Positions 34,013 to 43,770 of a stretch of DNA of 55,706 nt are shown here, in pieces; the first letter of the stretch is position 1, and every line of letters starts with the position of its first letter. Origin of the DNA: Betaproteobacteria bacterium (GTDB lineage Bacteria > Pseudomonadota > Gammaproteobacteria > Burkholderiales > UBA3065). The stretch is from the NCBI GenBank assembly GCA_009927815.1, contig RFMI01000032.1, positions 1 through 55,706 of the forward strand, in the 5' to 3' direction. The translations under genes were made by a program, and so were the position numbers. The notes beneath the pieces were generated by a model that saw nothing but the letters and a program-made list of their open reading frames with translations, did not search any database and had not been told where the DNA came from.

Positions 34013-35098
34013 CTAGTTTGACAGGGTCGTGGCCGTCGGGTAGTCGGTGTAACCGGCCTCGTTGCCACCGTAGTAGCTCGCCGCGTCGCCGCCGGCCAGG
34101 GCAATGCCGAGCCGGACCCGCGTGACCAGATCGGGATTGGCGATGAACGGCCGACCAAAAGCCACCAGATCGGCGCGACCGCCACGCAGAGCCGCTGCGG
34201 CCTTGTCGGGCGTGTAGTTGCAACAAGCCATGTAGGTGCCACCAAACGCCGAACGCAGCTTGGCGTAATCGACGCGCGCTTGCGCCAGGTCGTTGCGGTC
34301 TTCGCCCTCAACCACGTGCAGATACTCGACGCGCCCTTTGAGCATGGCGGCCACCGCCGAGAACAGTGCTTGCGGGTCGCTGTCGTCAATGTCGTTGAAC
34401 GTGTTCTCCGGCGAGATGCGCACGCCCACGCGGCCTTCGCCGGCCACTGCTGTAACCGCACTGACCACTTCGTCCAGCAAACGCACGCGGTTGGCGATCG
34501 TGCCGCCGTACGCATCGGTGCGATGGTTCGTTTTGTCGCGCAGGAACTGGTCGAGCAGGTAACCGTTGGCGGCGTGAATCTCGACACCGTCAAAACCGGC
34601 GGCAAGCGCGTTGCGCGCCGCTTGGGCGTAGGCCTCGACCAGCGGCGGAATCTCGGCGAGTTCGAGCGCTCGCGGCACCGGCAGCGGCTGAAATCCATCG
34701 AAGGTGTAGGCTTGGCCATCAGCAGCGATGGCCGACGGCGCCACTGGCGCTACGCCGCCCGGCTGGAAGCTCGCATGCGAGATGCGGCCGACGTGCCACA
34801 GTTGCAGAAACATCCGGCCGCCGGCGGCATGAACCGCTTCGGTCACCACAGTCCAGCCGTTGATCTGGGCTGGACTGTGGATGCCGGGCGTCAGGATGTA
34901 GCCCTGACCCTCTGGCACGATCTGCGTCGCTTCGGAGATGATCAGGCCGGCACTGGCGCGCTGTGCGTAATAGAGGGCTGTCAGCGGGGTGACTGCGTTG
35001 TCGCGGTTGGCACGGCAGCGGGTCAGTGGCGCCATGACGATGCGATTGGGCAGCTGCAAGGCGCCGAGGCGCAGCGGCGAGAACAGGTCAGTGCTCAT
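34013..35098 (-). CDS. Old yellow enzyme family alkene reductase (NemA-like)
   Basis: NRIVMAPLTR, YYAQRASAGLIISEAT, QLWHVGRISH, EIHAANGYLLDQF, AFGRPFIANPDL, GYTDYP. Confidence 0.93.
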   Translation of the reverse strand: MSTDLFSPLRLGALQLPNRIVMAPLTRCRANRDNAVTPLTALYYAQRASAGLIISEATQIVPEGQGYILTPGIHSPAQINGWTVVTEAVHAAGGRMFLQLWHVGRISHASFQPGGVAPVAPSAIAADGQAYTFDGFQPLPVPRALELAEIPPLVEAYAQAARNALAAGFDGVEIHAANGYLLDQFLRDKTNHRTDAYGGTIANRVRLLDEVVSAVTAVAGEGRVGVRISPENTFNDIDDSDPQALFSAVAAMLKGRVEYLHVVEGEDRNDLAQARVDYAKLRSAFGGTYMACCNYTPDKAAAALRGGRADLVAFGRPFIANPDLVTRVRLGIALAGGDAASYYGGNEAGYTDYPTATTLSN

Positions 35099-35109
35099 GG
35101 GTCTCCGGG

Positions 35110-35700
35110 GTGGGCGAACAAAAACGAGCGCTAGTCTCCCACAGCCGACGCTGCATTCGTTGCGTGACCGGTGCGCGGCAGCGCAAAACAGACATCGCCA
35201 CGCTACCGGGCTTGTGTACCATCTGGACTAAGCACTCCGCTGCCCCATCACACACCGTGTCGACAACCGCCGTGACTGCCCAAGACGATGTGCAATTCTT
35301 GCACGACCGCGAAATCGCGCAGATGAAGGCGACGATCGCCGCCATGCGCGATTCGCTTGAAGAGCAGCGACGGCTCGAGGCGGTACACGTTCAAGAAGCG
35401 GTGCAAGCGCAAGCCGATGAGATGCGGCAGATGAAAGACACCGTTCAGGCACTGCGCGACGCGTTGGAGCAGGCGCATCGCGCCACGGACGAGGCGGTGC
35501 AGGCAACCACTCAGCGGTTTGCCGCTGAATTGGCGCAGATGCGAGAGATCGCGCAAGCCATGCGGGACAAACTGGACACTGAACGCGGTGAGCTCAATCA
35601 ACGCGTTCAAGCGGCGGTACAACGTCTGGAGGCCGAGAACGTGCAGCTGCGCTCGACCATCCAGACCATGCGTGACTCGATGGAGAACCCCAAGCAATGA
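35110..35700 (+). CDS. Coiled-coil protein with 36-aa tandem repeats (true start probably a GTG near 35257-35272)
   Basis: Four copies of E-x-x-Q-[ML]-x5-[AT]-[ML]-R-D-x-[LM]-[ED] at 36-residue spacing; stop overlaps the next ATG (ATGA at 35697). Confidence 0.7.
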   Translation: MGEQKRALVSHSRRCIRCVTGARQRKTDIATLPGLCTIWTKHSAAPSHTVSTTAVTAQDDVQFLHDREIAQMKATIAAMRDSLEEQRRLEAVHVQEAVQAQADEMRQMKDTVQALRDALEQAHRATDEAVQATTQRFAAELAQMREIAQAMRDKLDTERGELNQRVQAAVQRLEAENVQLRSTIQTMRDSMENPKQ

Positions 35701-35772
35701 CCGTCGCCAAGCCCGCCACTCGCGCTTCAAGGGCCAAAAAACCCGGCCAAAGCGTCCGCTTATTCGGTTGCC

Positions 35773-38019
35773 ATGGTCGGCAAGACCTGGCAAGAGAGCC
35801 TCCTGCGTCTCTTGCTCTCGATTTCCGAAAAGGTCGCGGCGCTGGATTCGCTCGACGACATCCTGAACCTTCTGGTCGAGGTGAGCACCGAGCAACTGGG
35901 CGCCGACCGTAGCACGCTGTTCCTGAACGATCCCGGTACCAACGAGCTGTACTCGCGGGTGGCGCAAGGCAATCTCAGCCAAGAGATTCGGCTGATGAAC
36001 GATCGCGGCGTGGCCGGCTGGGTCTATCAAAAGGGCGAGCCAGCGATCATTCACGATGCCTACAAGGACAAGCGCTTCGACAGCTCGGTTGACCAGCGCA
36101 CCGGCTACACCACGCACAGCATCCTTTGCGTACCGATCCGCAACGCCAAGGGTGAGTTGATTGGCGTTGCGCAGGCGCTGAACAAGAAGGACGGAAAATT
36201 CAGCAAGGAAGACCAGGAGTTGCTCGCCGCCATCACCACCCAAGGTGCCTTGGGTCTGGAGAGCATGGCGCTGGTCGAGCGGATGAAAAAGATCCGCGAG
36301 CAGGAACTGGAGTTCTTGGAGGTGGTGAGCGACCTCACCTCCGACATCAAGATCGACTCGCTGCTCAACAAGGTGATGGCCGAAGCGACGCGCATGCTCA
36401 ATGCCGAGCGCAGCACGTTGTTTCTAAACGACGAAAAGACCCAGACGCTGTGGTCGCAGGTGGGACAGGGGCTCGGCTCGCTGCAGATCCGCCTGCCCAA
36501 CACGGCGGGCATCGCCGGCGCAGTGTTTAGCAGCGGCAAGACCATCAACATCCCGCACGCGTACGCCGATCTGCGCTTCAACCCGGCCTTCGACAAGAAA
36601 TCCGGCTTCTTCACCCGCAGCATCCTCTGCGTGCCGATCATCAACCAGAAGGGCAAGGTGATCGGCGTCACCCAGGTGCTGAACAAAAAGAATGGCGTAT
36701 TCACGCTTGAGGACGAGTCGCGCCTCAAGGCGTTTACTGCACAGATCGCTATCTCGCTGGAAAACGCCAGCCTGTTTGCCGACGTGCAGAACATGAAGAA
36801 CTACAACGAGTCGATGCTCGAATCGATGAGCAACGGCGTGATCACGCTCGACGACGAAGGGCGCATCGTCACCTGTAACACGGCGGGTGCCAAGATTCTG
36901 CGTCTGCGGGTCGAGGAGATCATTGGTACCAAGGCGGAGGTGTTGTTCAACGAGGCCAACGCTTGGATCATGGACAAGATCCGCAAACTGGCCGACGACC
37001 CGACGCCGGACATCACGATGGACGCCGAGATGACGGTGGTCGGCGAGACGGTGTCGGTCAACAGCACCATCCTGCCGCTCTCCAACACCGAGGGCGAGCA
37101 CCTCGGCAGCATGTTCATGTTCGAAGACATCTCGTCCGAGAAGCGGATGAAGTCGACGATGTCGCGCTACGTCGATCCGGCGATCGCCGACCAGTTGCTG
37201 TCGAAGGGCGGCGAGGCGATGGGCGGCCAAAGCGTCAACGCGACGCTGCTGTTCTCCGACATCCGCGGCTTCACTACGCTCACCGAGGCGCTGGGCCCGC
37301 AGGCGACCGTGACCCTGCTCAACGAATACTTCGAGATCATGGTCGATTGCATCACCCGTGAGGGCGGGATGCTCGACAAGTTCATCGGCGACGCCATCAT
37401 GGCGGCCTTCGGCATCCCGCTGGCGCACGACGACGACGAAGACCGTGCGGTACGGGCGGCGGTGGCCATGATCAGCGAACTGCAAACGTGGAACACCGAG
37501 CGCGAAGCCGAGGGCAAGCTGCCGGTCAACATCGGTATTGGGCTCAACACCGACATCGTGGTGAGCGGAAACATCGGCTCCAAGAAGCGTATGGACTACA
37601 CCGTGATCGGTGACGGCGTGAACCTGGCCGCACGTCTGGAGTCCGCGTGCAAGCAGTACTCAGCGAAGATCCTGATCAGCGAGTTCACGCAGGCCAAGCT
37701 GCGCGGCATCTACCGCATGCGCGAGGTCGATCTGGTGGTGGTGAAGGGCAAGACCCAGCCCGTGAGCATCTACGAGGTGCTGGATTACCACACGTCCGCG
37801 AGCTTCCCCAACATGATGGATGTGCTGGGTAACTTCACCGAAGGCCTGTCACGCTACCGTGCCGGCAACTGGGACACCGCCATCGCCTCTTTTCAGAAAG
37901 CGCTGTCGCTCAATCCCAAGGACAAACTCACCGGCACCTACATCGAGCGTTGCGAGCTGATGAAGGCGCATCCACCCGAAGGCGAGTGGGACGGCGTCTG
38001 GGTGATGACCGACAAATAA
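35773..38019 (+). CDS. Class III adenylate cyclase GAF-GAF-PAS-cyclase-TPR (true start may be 35697 via a frameshift)
   Basis: Two GAF domains with NKKDG..F..ED and NKKNG..F..ED; PAS; LFSDIRGFT, DKFIGDAIMA, DYTVIGDGVNLAARLE; TPR-like tail ending WDGVW. Confidence 0.92.
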   Translation: MVGKTWQESLLRLLLSISEKVAALDSLDDILNLLVEVSTEQLGADRSTLFLNDPGTNELYSRVAQGNLSQEIRLMNDRGVAGWVYQKGEPAIIHDAYKDKRFDSSVDQRTGYTTHSILCVPIRNAKGELIGVAQALNKKDGKFSKEDQELLAAITTQGALGLESMALVERMKKIREQELEFLEVVSDLTSDIKIDSLLNKVMAEATRMLNAERSTLFLNDEKTQTLWSQVGQGLGSLQIRLPNTAGIAGAVFSSGKTINIPHAYADLRFNPAFDKKSGFFTRSILCVPIINQKGKVIGVTQVLNKKNGVFTLEDESRLKAFTAQIAISLENASLFADVQNMKNYNESMLESMSNGVITLDDEGRIVTCNTAGAKILRLRVEEIIGTKAEVLFNEANAWIMDKIRKLADDPTPDITMDAEMTVVGETVSVNSTILPLSNTEGEHLGSMFMFEDISSEKRMKSTMSRYVDPAIADQLLSKGGEAMGGQSVNATLLFSDIRGFTTLTEALGPQATVTLLNEYFEIMVDCITREGGMLDKFIGDAIMAAFGIPLAHDDDEDRAVRAAVAMISELQTWNTEREAEGKLPVNIGIGLNTDIVVSGNIGSKKRMDYTVIGDGVNLAARLESACKQYSAKILISEFTQAKLRGIYRMREVDLVVVKGKTQPVSIYEVLDYHTSASFPNMMDVLGNFTEGLSRYRAGNWDTAIASFQKALSLNPKDKLTGTYIERCELMKAHPPEGEWDGVWVMTDK

Positions 38020-38064
38020 GCGTCTGGTGCGGCTTGGTGGGCGCCAGCTTTAGGGCTGGCGGCG

Positions 38065-38496
38065 TTACTGCCCTTGCCGGTACCGCGCCTCGACCGCGGC
38101 GCGCTGGGCTTCGCTGAGTTCCGGAACATCGGGCACTTGGGCGCGCGCTGCGATCATGCGGCGGGTGATCCACACGCCCGCGACCACCAGGATGAACGGT
38201 CCGACCCACAGCAGTGCGTTGCTGACCGAAAACGGCGGGTCGTACAGCACGAACTCGCCATAGCGATCGACCATGTACTGTTTGATCTCGGTATCGGTTT
38301 TGCCCTGGCTCATCAGCTTGGCGACCTGATTGCGCAAGTCGACGGCCAGTCCGGCGTTGGAATCGGCGATGGTCTGGTTTTGGCAGACCAAGCAGCGCAA
38401 GTCGCTGGCGATGTCCTTGAGCCGCACGAGGTCGGTGCCTGGTGGCAGTCCGTTGGCAGCCGCGGCGGTGTCGCTGGAAGTCACATCGGTGGCCAT
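38065..38496 (-). CDS. ccmH: Cytochrome c maturation protein CcmH
   Basis: LRCLVCQNQTIADS, YMVDRYGEFVLYDP, LLWVGP TM helix. Confidence 0.92.
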   Translation of the reverse strand: MATDVTSSDTAAAANGLPPGTDLVRLKDIASDLRCLVCQNQTIADSNAGLAVDLRNQVAKLMSQGKTDTEIKQYMVDRYGEFVLYDPPFSVSNALLWVGPFILVVAGVWITRRMIAARAQVPDVPELSEAQRAAVEARYRQGQ

Positions 38497-38497
38497 G

Positions 38498-39030
38498 TCA
38501 GTGTGCCTCCTGGGCTAGCAGCGGTGCCACGTGCTCGGTAAAGAATGCCTCGTCGACCGGTCCGACCTGTTTGTAACGGATGACGCCGGCGCCGTCGATG
38601 ACGAAGGTCTCCGGCACGCCGTAGACCCGTAATCGATGCCGACCAGACCGTTGCGGTCGATGGCGATCTGCGTGTAAGGATTGCCACGCTGTGCCAGCCA
38701 TTCGCGGGTGTCGGCGGGCTCGTCCTTGTAGGCCAGGCCGACCAGCGGCACGGCGTTTTTGGCCGCGATGGCGAGCAGCAATGGGTGCTCGGCGACACAG
38801 GCGCCGCACCAGCTGGCGAACACGTTCATCAGCCAGACCTTGCCTTTGAGTGCGTCCGGGGTGACCACGGTCTGGCCCTCACTCAGAGCCGGCAGGCTGA
38901 AGGCCGGTGCCGGCTTGTCAACCAGCACTGAGGGCAGCTTGCGCGGGTCGTGCTGCAGGCCAATCACGAAGACCACTGCCAGTGCAATGAGCACCAGCAG
39001 CGGCAGGATGATGCGCAAGCGTCCGCCCAT
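38498..39030 (-). CDS. ccmG: Thiol:disulfide interchange protein CcmG/DsbE (frameshift at ~38627)
   Basis: LPSVLVDKPAPAF, NVFASWCGACVAEH; adding one G (minus strand) at 38626-38628 restores GIDYGVYGVPETFVID. Confidence 0.9.
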
Positions 39031-39032
39031 GC

Positions 39033-41074
39033 TCAGGCCTGCGCGGGCGACGAAGCCGATGCTGCATCGGTGGCCGGCGCAGCGGCGCGACGCAGGCGGT
39101 AGCGCCGATCGAACAGGGTGGTGCCCCGCCGATGGCCATCATGAGGCAGGCGATCCAGACCCAGGCCATGAACGGCTTGACGTAGATGCGCACACTCCAG
39201 CCTTGGTCGCTGGCGGCCTCGCCGGGCTTCGGTTCGACCGGTTCACCCAGCGAGACATACACGTCACGGAACATGCCGTAGTCGATCGCGGCTTCGGTCA
39301 TGACCTGCCGGCCGGCTTGGTACATGCGCTTTTGCGGCTCCATCAAGTAGATGACTTTGCCCTCACCCTCGGTGAGCTCGAACACCCCGTGTTGGGCCAC
39401 GTAATTAGGCCCGCTGCCCTGATCGACGCCGATGAAGGTGATGCGATTGCTGCCGACCTGCACGGTCTCGGCGGGCTTCATCACCAGGTCGCGCTCAAAC
39501 TCGTACGATTTGACCATGCTGACGCCGGCGACGAAGGCCGCGACGCCAAGGTGCGCAATGACCATGCCCCAGTAGCTCGCGCCGAGTTTGCCGGCCCTGG
39601 CTCCCAACGATCCGCTATCGCCATTGGTGGACAGCTTCGCCAGTTGCCGGCGGGCGTGGTCGGCGGTGCCCCAGGCGAGGATCAGCGCGCCGGTGAGGCC
39701 TAGCACAGTCAGCCACTTGAACGGTCCGAGCCACAGCACCGCCGCAGTGGCGAGCAACAGCGCCGCCAGCGTGGGCAGTAGCATCGGCCGCAACACTGCA
39801 GGCAGTGTCGACTCTTTCCAGCGTAGATTCGGCGCGACCGCCATGAGGTAGGCGGCAGGCAACAGCAGCGGCACGAACACCGCCTCGAAGTAGGGCGGTC
39901 CGACGGACATCTTGCGACCGCTGAGCACCTCGGCGAAAAGCGGATAGAGCGTGCCGAGCATCACCGCGCCCAATGCGGCGCTCATCAGCACGTTGTTGGC
40001 GAGCAAAAAGCTCTCGCGCGAGACCTTTCCAAAGCGCCCGCCGAGGCCAATGTCGCGCGTGCGCAACGCGTAAAGCACCAGCGAGGCGCCCACGATGAGC
40101 ATGAGCATCGACAGGATGAAGATTCCGCGCTTGGGGTCGGTGGCAAAGGCATGTACCGAGGTGAGCACACCGGAGCGAACCAGGAAGGTGCCGAGCAGCG
40201 ACAGTGCGAACGCCACCAGTGACAGCAGGATGGTCCAGCTCTTCAGCGCATCGCGTTTATCGGTGACCGCCAGCGAGTGGATCAGAGCGGTGCCGGCCAG
40301 CCAAGGCATCAGCGAGGCATTCTCGACCGGATCCCAGAACCACCAGCCACCCCAGCCGAGTTCGCGGTAGGCCCACCACGATCCCAGCAGAATGCCGATG
40401 GTCAAAAACGACCACGCGGCGTTGGCCCACGGCCGGCTCCAGCGCGCCCAGGTCGGGTCGAGGCGCCCCTCCATCAAGGCGGCCACGGCAAACGCGAACG
40501 CCACGGCAAAACCCACGTAGCCCATGTAGAGCATCGGCGGGTGGATGACCATGAACGGGTCTTGCAGCAACGGGTTCAGGTCGCGGCCCTCAGCCACCGC
40601 CGGCAAGAGGCGCTCGAAGGGATTGGAGCTGCTCAGCAGAAACAGCAAAAAGAAGGCTTGCAGCACCAGCAGCAGCGTCAGTACTCGAGCGCGATACCCC
40701 GCCGCCAGCGCGTTGGAGGCGAGTGCCACGGCTGCGGTCCAGCCGCACAGCATCAGGTTCCACAGCAGGAACGAGCCTTCGTGCGAACCCCAGGTGGCGG
40801 CGAATTTATATTGCAGCGGCAGCAGTGTGTTCGAGTTCTCGGCGACATTCAGCACCGAAAAGTCGCTGCCCATGAACAAGGTCGCCAGCAGCCCGAAACT
40901 GGCGGCGACCAGTACGAAGGTCAAGAACGCCGTGGTGCCAAGAATGCGATTGGCGGCAGCGAGGTCGACGCCCGGAGCCGCGACGCGGCGCAAGCCCCAC
41001 AAGTGCTGAAGGCCGATGACCAAGCTGGCGGCGAAGGCCAGCGACAGCAGCAGTTGTCCGATTTCAGCGATCAC
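39033..41074 (-). CDS. ccmF: Heme lyase CcmF (frameshift at ~39125 near C-terminus)
   Basis: WGSHEGS, LNPLLQDP..IHPP, WAYRELGWGGWWFWDPVEN, RSGVLTSVHAFA; corrected tail LFDRRYR..AQA* ends at 39033. Confidence 0.94.
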
Positions 41075-41484
41075 TTTGCGTCCTTGCCCAGCTTGGGCGG
41101 CATGTAGTTCTCATCGTGTTTGGCGAGGATCTCGCTGGCGGAGAACACGCCAGATTTCAGCTCGCCCTGCGCCACCGCGCCCTTGCCCTCGCGGAACAAG
41201 TCAGGCAACACACCGGTGTAGCTCACCGGCACGCTGTGTTTGAGGTCGGTCATGCGGAAGCTGATGGTCAGGCCTTCGCGCTGGACGCTCCCAGTCTCAA
41301 CCATCCCGCCAATGCGCACCGACCGGCCGGACGGCGCCTCGCCAGCCAGCACTTGGGTCGGGGTGTAGAAAAACACCATATTGTCGTTGAAGGCCCGAAT
41401 CACGCCCCACGCGGTCGCAACGACGGCGACGGCGATAGCAACGATCCACAGCAGGCGTTTGCGGCGGGTGGGCGATTTGATCAT
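41071..41484 (-). CDS. ccmE: Heme chaperone CcmE
   Basis: FFYTP, RIGGMV, YTGVLPDLFREG, LAKHDENYMPP. Confidence 0.95.
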   Translation of the reverse strand: MIKSPTRRKRLLWIVAIAVAVVATAWGVIRAFNDNMVFFYTPTQVLAGEAPSGRSVRIGGMVETGSVQREGLTISFRMTDLKHSVPVSYTGVLPDLFREGKGAVAQGELKSGVFSASEILAKHDENYMPPKLGKDAK

Positions 41485-41612
41485 TCGGGCGCGGCGTCTT
41501 CTTCAATGAGGGCGCGAGCAGCGGCCTCGAGCCGTCGGGCTTGCCATGCGTCAGCCGCCAGCGCGAACAGGCCTAAGGCGTAGCTGATGACAATGGCGGT
41601 CAAGGCGGTCAT
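41481..41612 (-). CDS. ccmD: Heme exporter small subunit CcmD
   Basis: 43 aa MTALTAIVISYALGLFALAADAWQARR..; hydrophobic N-terminus with SY, charged tail; between ccmC and ccmE. Confidence 0.7.
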   Translation of the reverse strand: MTALTAIVISYALGLFALAADAWQARRLEAAARALIEEDAAPE

Positions 41613-41613
41613 G

Positions 41614-42340
41614 TCAGATCTCCCGAACCCATTTGGCGCGCGCCTCGCGCAGTGCAAGCAGCCAACGGCCACGCACTAGAACAATGGCAGCGCAGGCAAA
41701 CCAAACGGCGAACGTGCATATCAGCAAAGTGATCTTCATCTCCGGGGCCATCCGGGCAGCTCCGGGTGCACCTATAGACATGCCCTGATGGAGGGTGTTC
41801 CAGAACACCACTGAGAAATAGATCAAGGGAATGTTGACCATGCCGACCACCGTGAACAGCGCCAGCGCCCGATCGGTCTTGTGTTCGTCCTCCACCAAAC
41901 TGGAGAGCGCCATCAATCCCAAGTAAATAAAGAGAAGCATGAGCTCCGAGGTGAGACGCGCGTCCCACACCCAGTAGGTGCCCCAGGTCGGCTTGCCCCA
42001 CAGCGATCCGGTAACCAGTGCCACCACGGTCATCCAGGCGCCAGTGGGCAGCAGGGCGCGCATCATCACCGCTGACACCGGGCTGCGCCAAATCCAGAAC
42101 AGCACCGCGTAGCCCGTGGCTACCGAGTACAGGAACATCGACATCCAGGCTGCAGGAACGTGCAGGTAGATGATGCGATACACCTCGCCCTGCTGGGCAT
42201 CGGTGGGGGTGCCCGCCAGCGCCAGCCACAGACCGGGAATCGCCAGCAGGACTGGCCGCGCGGGCGAGCCATACGGCGGCCGGCCCGCTCAGGCGAAAAA
42301 AAACCGGCGGTGAGCCGAGTTGCTTAAGGAACGTCAACAT
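41614..42340 (-). CDS. ccmC: Heme exporter CcmC (frameshift at ~42254)
   Basis: LGSPPVFFRLS N-terminus; DAQQGEVYRIIYLHVPAAW; WWD-type motif GSLWGKPTWGTYWVWDARLTS; WNTLHQ. Confidence 0.92.
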
Positions 42341-42391
42341 GACTCATATTCTAGCGTCCCTCGCGGGCTTGGCCCGGACAATCGCCAGCCA

Positions 42392-43756
42392 TCACTCGAT
42401 GGCAAGGTCGAGCACGCGACGCGCCATCGGCGGCACCAGCAGCAGCGACAGCGCGCTGATGCCCACCAGCGTCGCGAGGGGACCGGTCAGACTCTGGTCG
42501 GCTTGCGCCGCCGTCACCGTCGTCACGCCGAAGATCAGCACCGGGACGAACACCGGAAAGCTCATCAGGCTGATCAGGACCTGTGCTTGCCGCGCCATCA
42601 GCGCCAGAGCGCTAAACAGCACGGTGAAGGCACCCAAGGCCAACGTACCCGCCGCCAGCGACAGCGCCAGTGCGGCAATGCCGGCGGTGTCGAGGTTGTA
42701 GAGCAGTGCCAATGGCACGCTGTAGAGCGCCATTGGCAGGCCGAACAGCAGCCAATGGGCGATGACCTTGCCAGCCAGCAATGCACTGAGCGGAAAGCTC
42801 ACGGCCTTGAGTTGTGACAGGATGCCGCTGCGGAAATCCGCTTCCAGATGGCGGCTGGCCGAGAGCAGGGTCACCAGCAGGGCGCTGACCCACACCATCC
42901 CTGGTGCGATGCGAGCCAGTTGTTGCGGGTCGGTGCCGATACCGAACGGGATCAGGCTCAGGATCATCCAGTGGAAGATGCCGGGCCACACCAGTTCGCG
43001 GGGCGCGGCCATGGCCAGGCGCAGTTCGCGGCGCAAGGCCCAGCGCAGCGGCGTCGGGCTGGTTCGGGTGCTGAAGGCGCCGGTAGCGATCGGAGCTGCC
43101 GCGGCGATTGCGGCCACCGGTTGCAGGGTCGCCGATCGGCCGCTCAACTCGACGCGGGCGTGGCACAGCGGCTCGAGTGTTGGGTCGAGTTCGGACAGCC
43201 GGCGGTGGGTGGCGACGACGGCGATGCCGCCAGCCGCCAGATGGTCTTTGAGCAGCTCGATGAACAGTGCAATGCCGGCCGCATCCAGCGCGTTGACCGG
43301 TTCATCAATCAGCCACACGCGACGCTGGCTCGCGGCCATCACCGCCAGCACCAATCGCCGCCGCTGGCCCTCAGAGAGCTGCTCGACTCGCTTGTTGGCT
43401 GCGCGTTGCAGACCGACCCGCTGCAGAGCCATGCGAGCCTCATCGGCGCCGAGTCGTACGGCCATTGGTTCGAGCGCAGCGTGCAAGTGTTCGCCCGCAG
43501 GCAACTCGCCACGCAAAGCCGGGTTCTGTTCGAACAAGAAGATCTCGCCATCGGCCGGCCAGACCGAATGCAGCGACAGCCGGGGCTGCAATCCCGCAAG
43601 CGTTCGCAGCAGCGTGCTTTTGCCGCTGCCATTCGGACCGACCAGTTCGACGAAGCGACCTGCGGGCAGGTCCACCGACAGGGACTCGGCCAAAGTGCTC
43701 TGGCCCCGGGTCAGCCGCAGGTCGCGGATCTGCAGGGTGTCGGTGCGGCCGGTCAT
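42392..43756 (-). CDS. ccmAB: Fused heme exporter CcmA (ABC ATPase) - CcmB (permease)
   Basis: GPNGSGKST, LSEGQRRR, WLIDEP, ATH, then in frame LRRELRLA..PFGIG..LARIAPG..ADFRSG..FVPVLIFG. Confidence 0.85.
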   Translation of the reverse strand: MTGRTDTLQIRDLRLTRGQSTLAESLSVDLPAGRFVELVGPNGSGKSTLLRTLAGLQPRLSLHSVWPADGEIFLFEQNPALRGELPAGEHLHAALEPMAVRLGADEARMALQRVGLQRAANKRVEQLSEGQRRRLVLAVMAASQRRVWLIDEPVNALDAAGIALFIELLKDHLAAGGIAVVATHRRLSELDPTLEPLCHARVELSGRSATLQPVAAIAAAAPIATGAFSTRTSPTPLRWALRRELRLAMAAPRELVWPGIFHWMILSLIPFGIGTDPQQLARIAPGMVWVSALLVTLLSASRHLEADFRSGILSQLKAVSFPLSALLAGKVIAHWLLFGLPMALYSVPLALLYNLDTAGIAALALSLAAGTLALGAFTVLFSALALMARQAQVLISLMSFPVFVPVLIFGVTTVTAAQADQSLTGPLATLVGISALSLLLVPPMARRVLDLAIE

Positions 43757-43770
43757 GGCGGAAAGGCCTA

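Noticed and set aside
38498-42340. ccmC/F/G as pseudogenes
   Set aside because: Only single indels, all motifs intact, and many intact c-type cytochrome clients nearby
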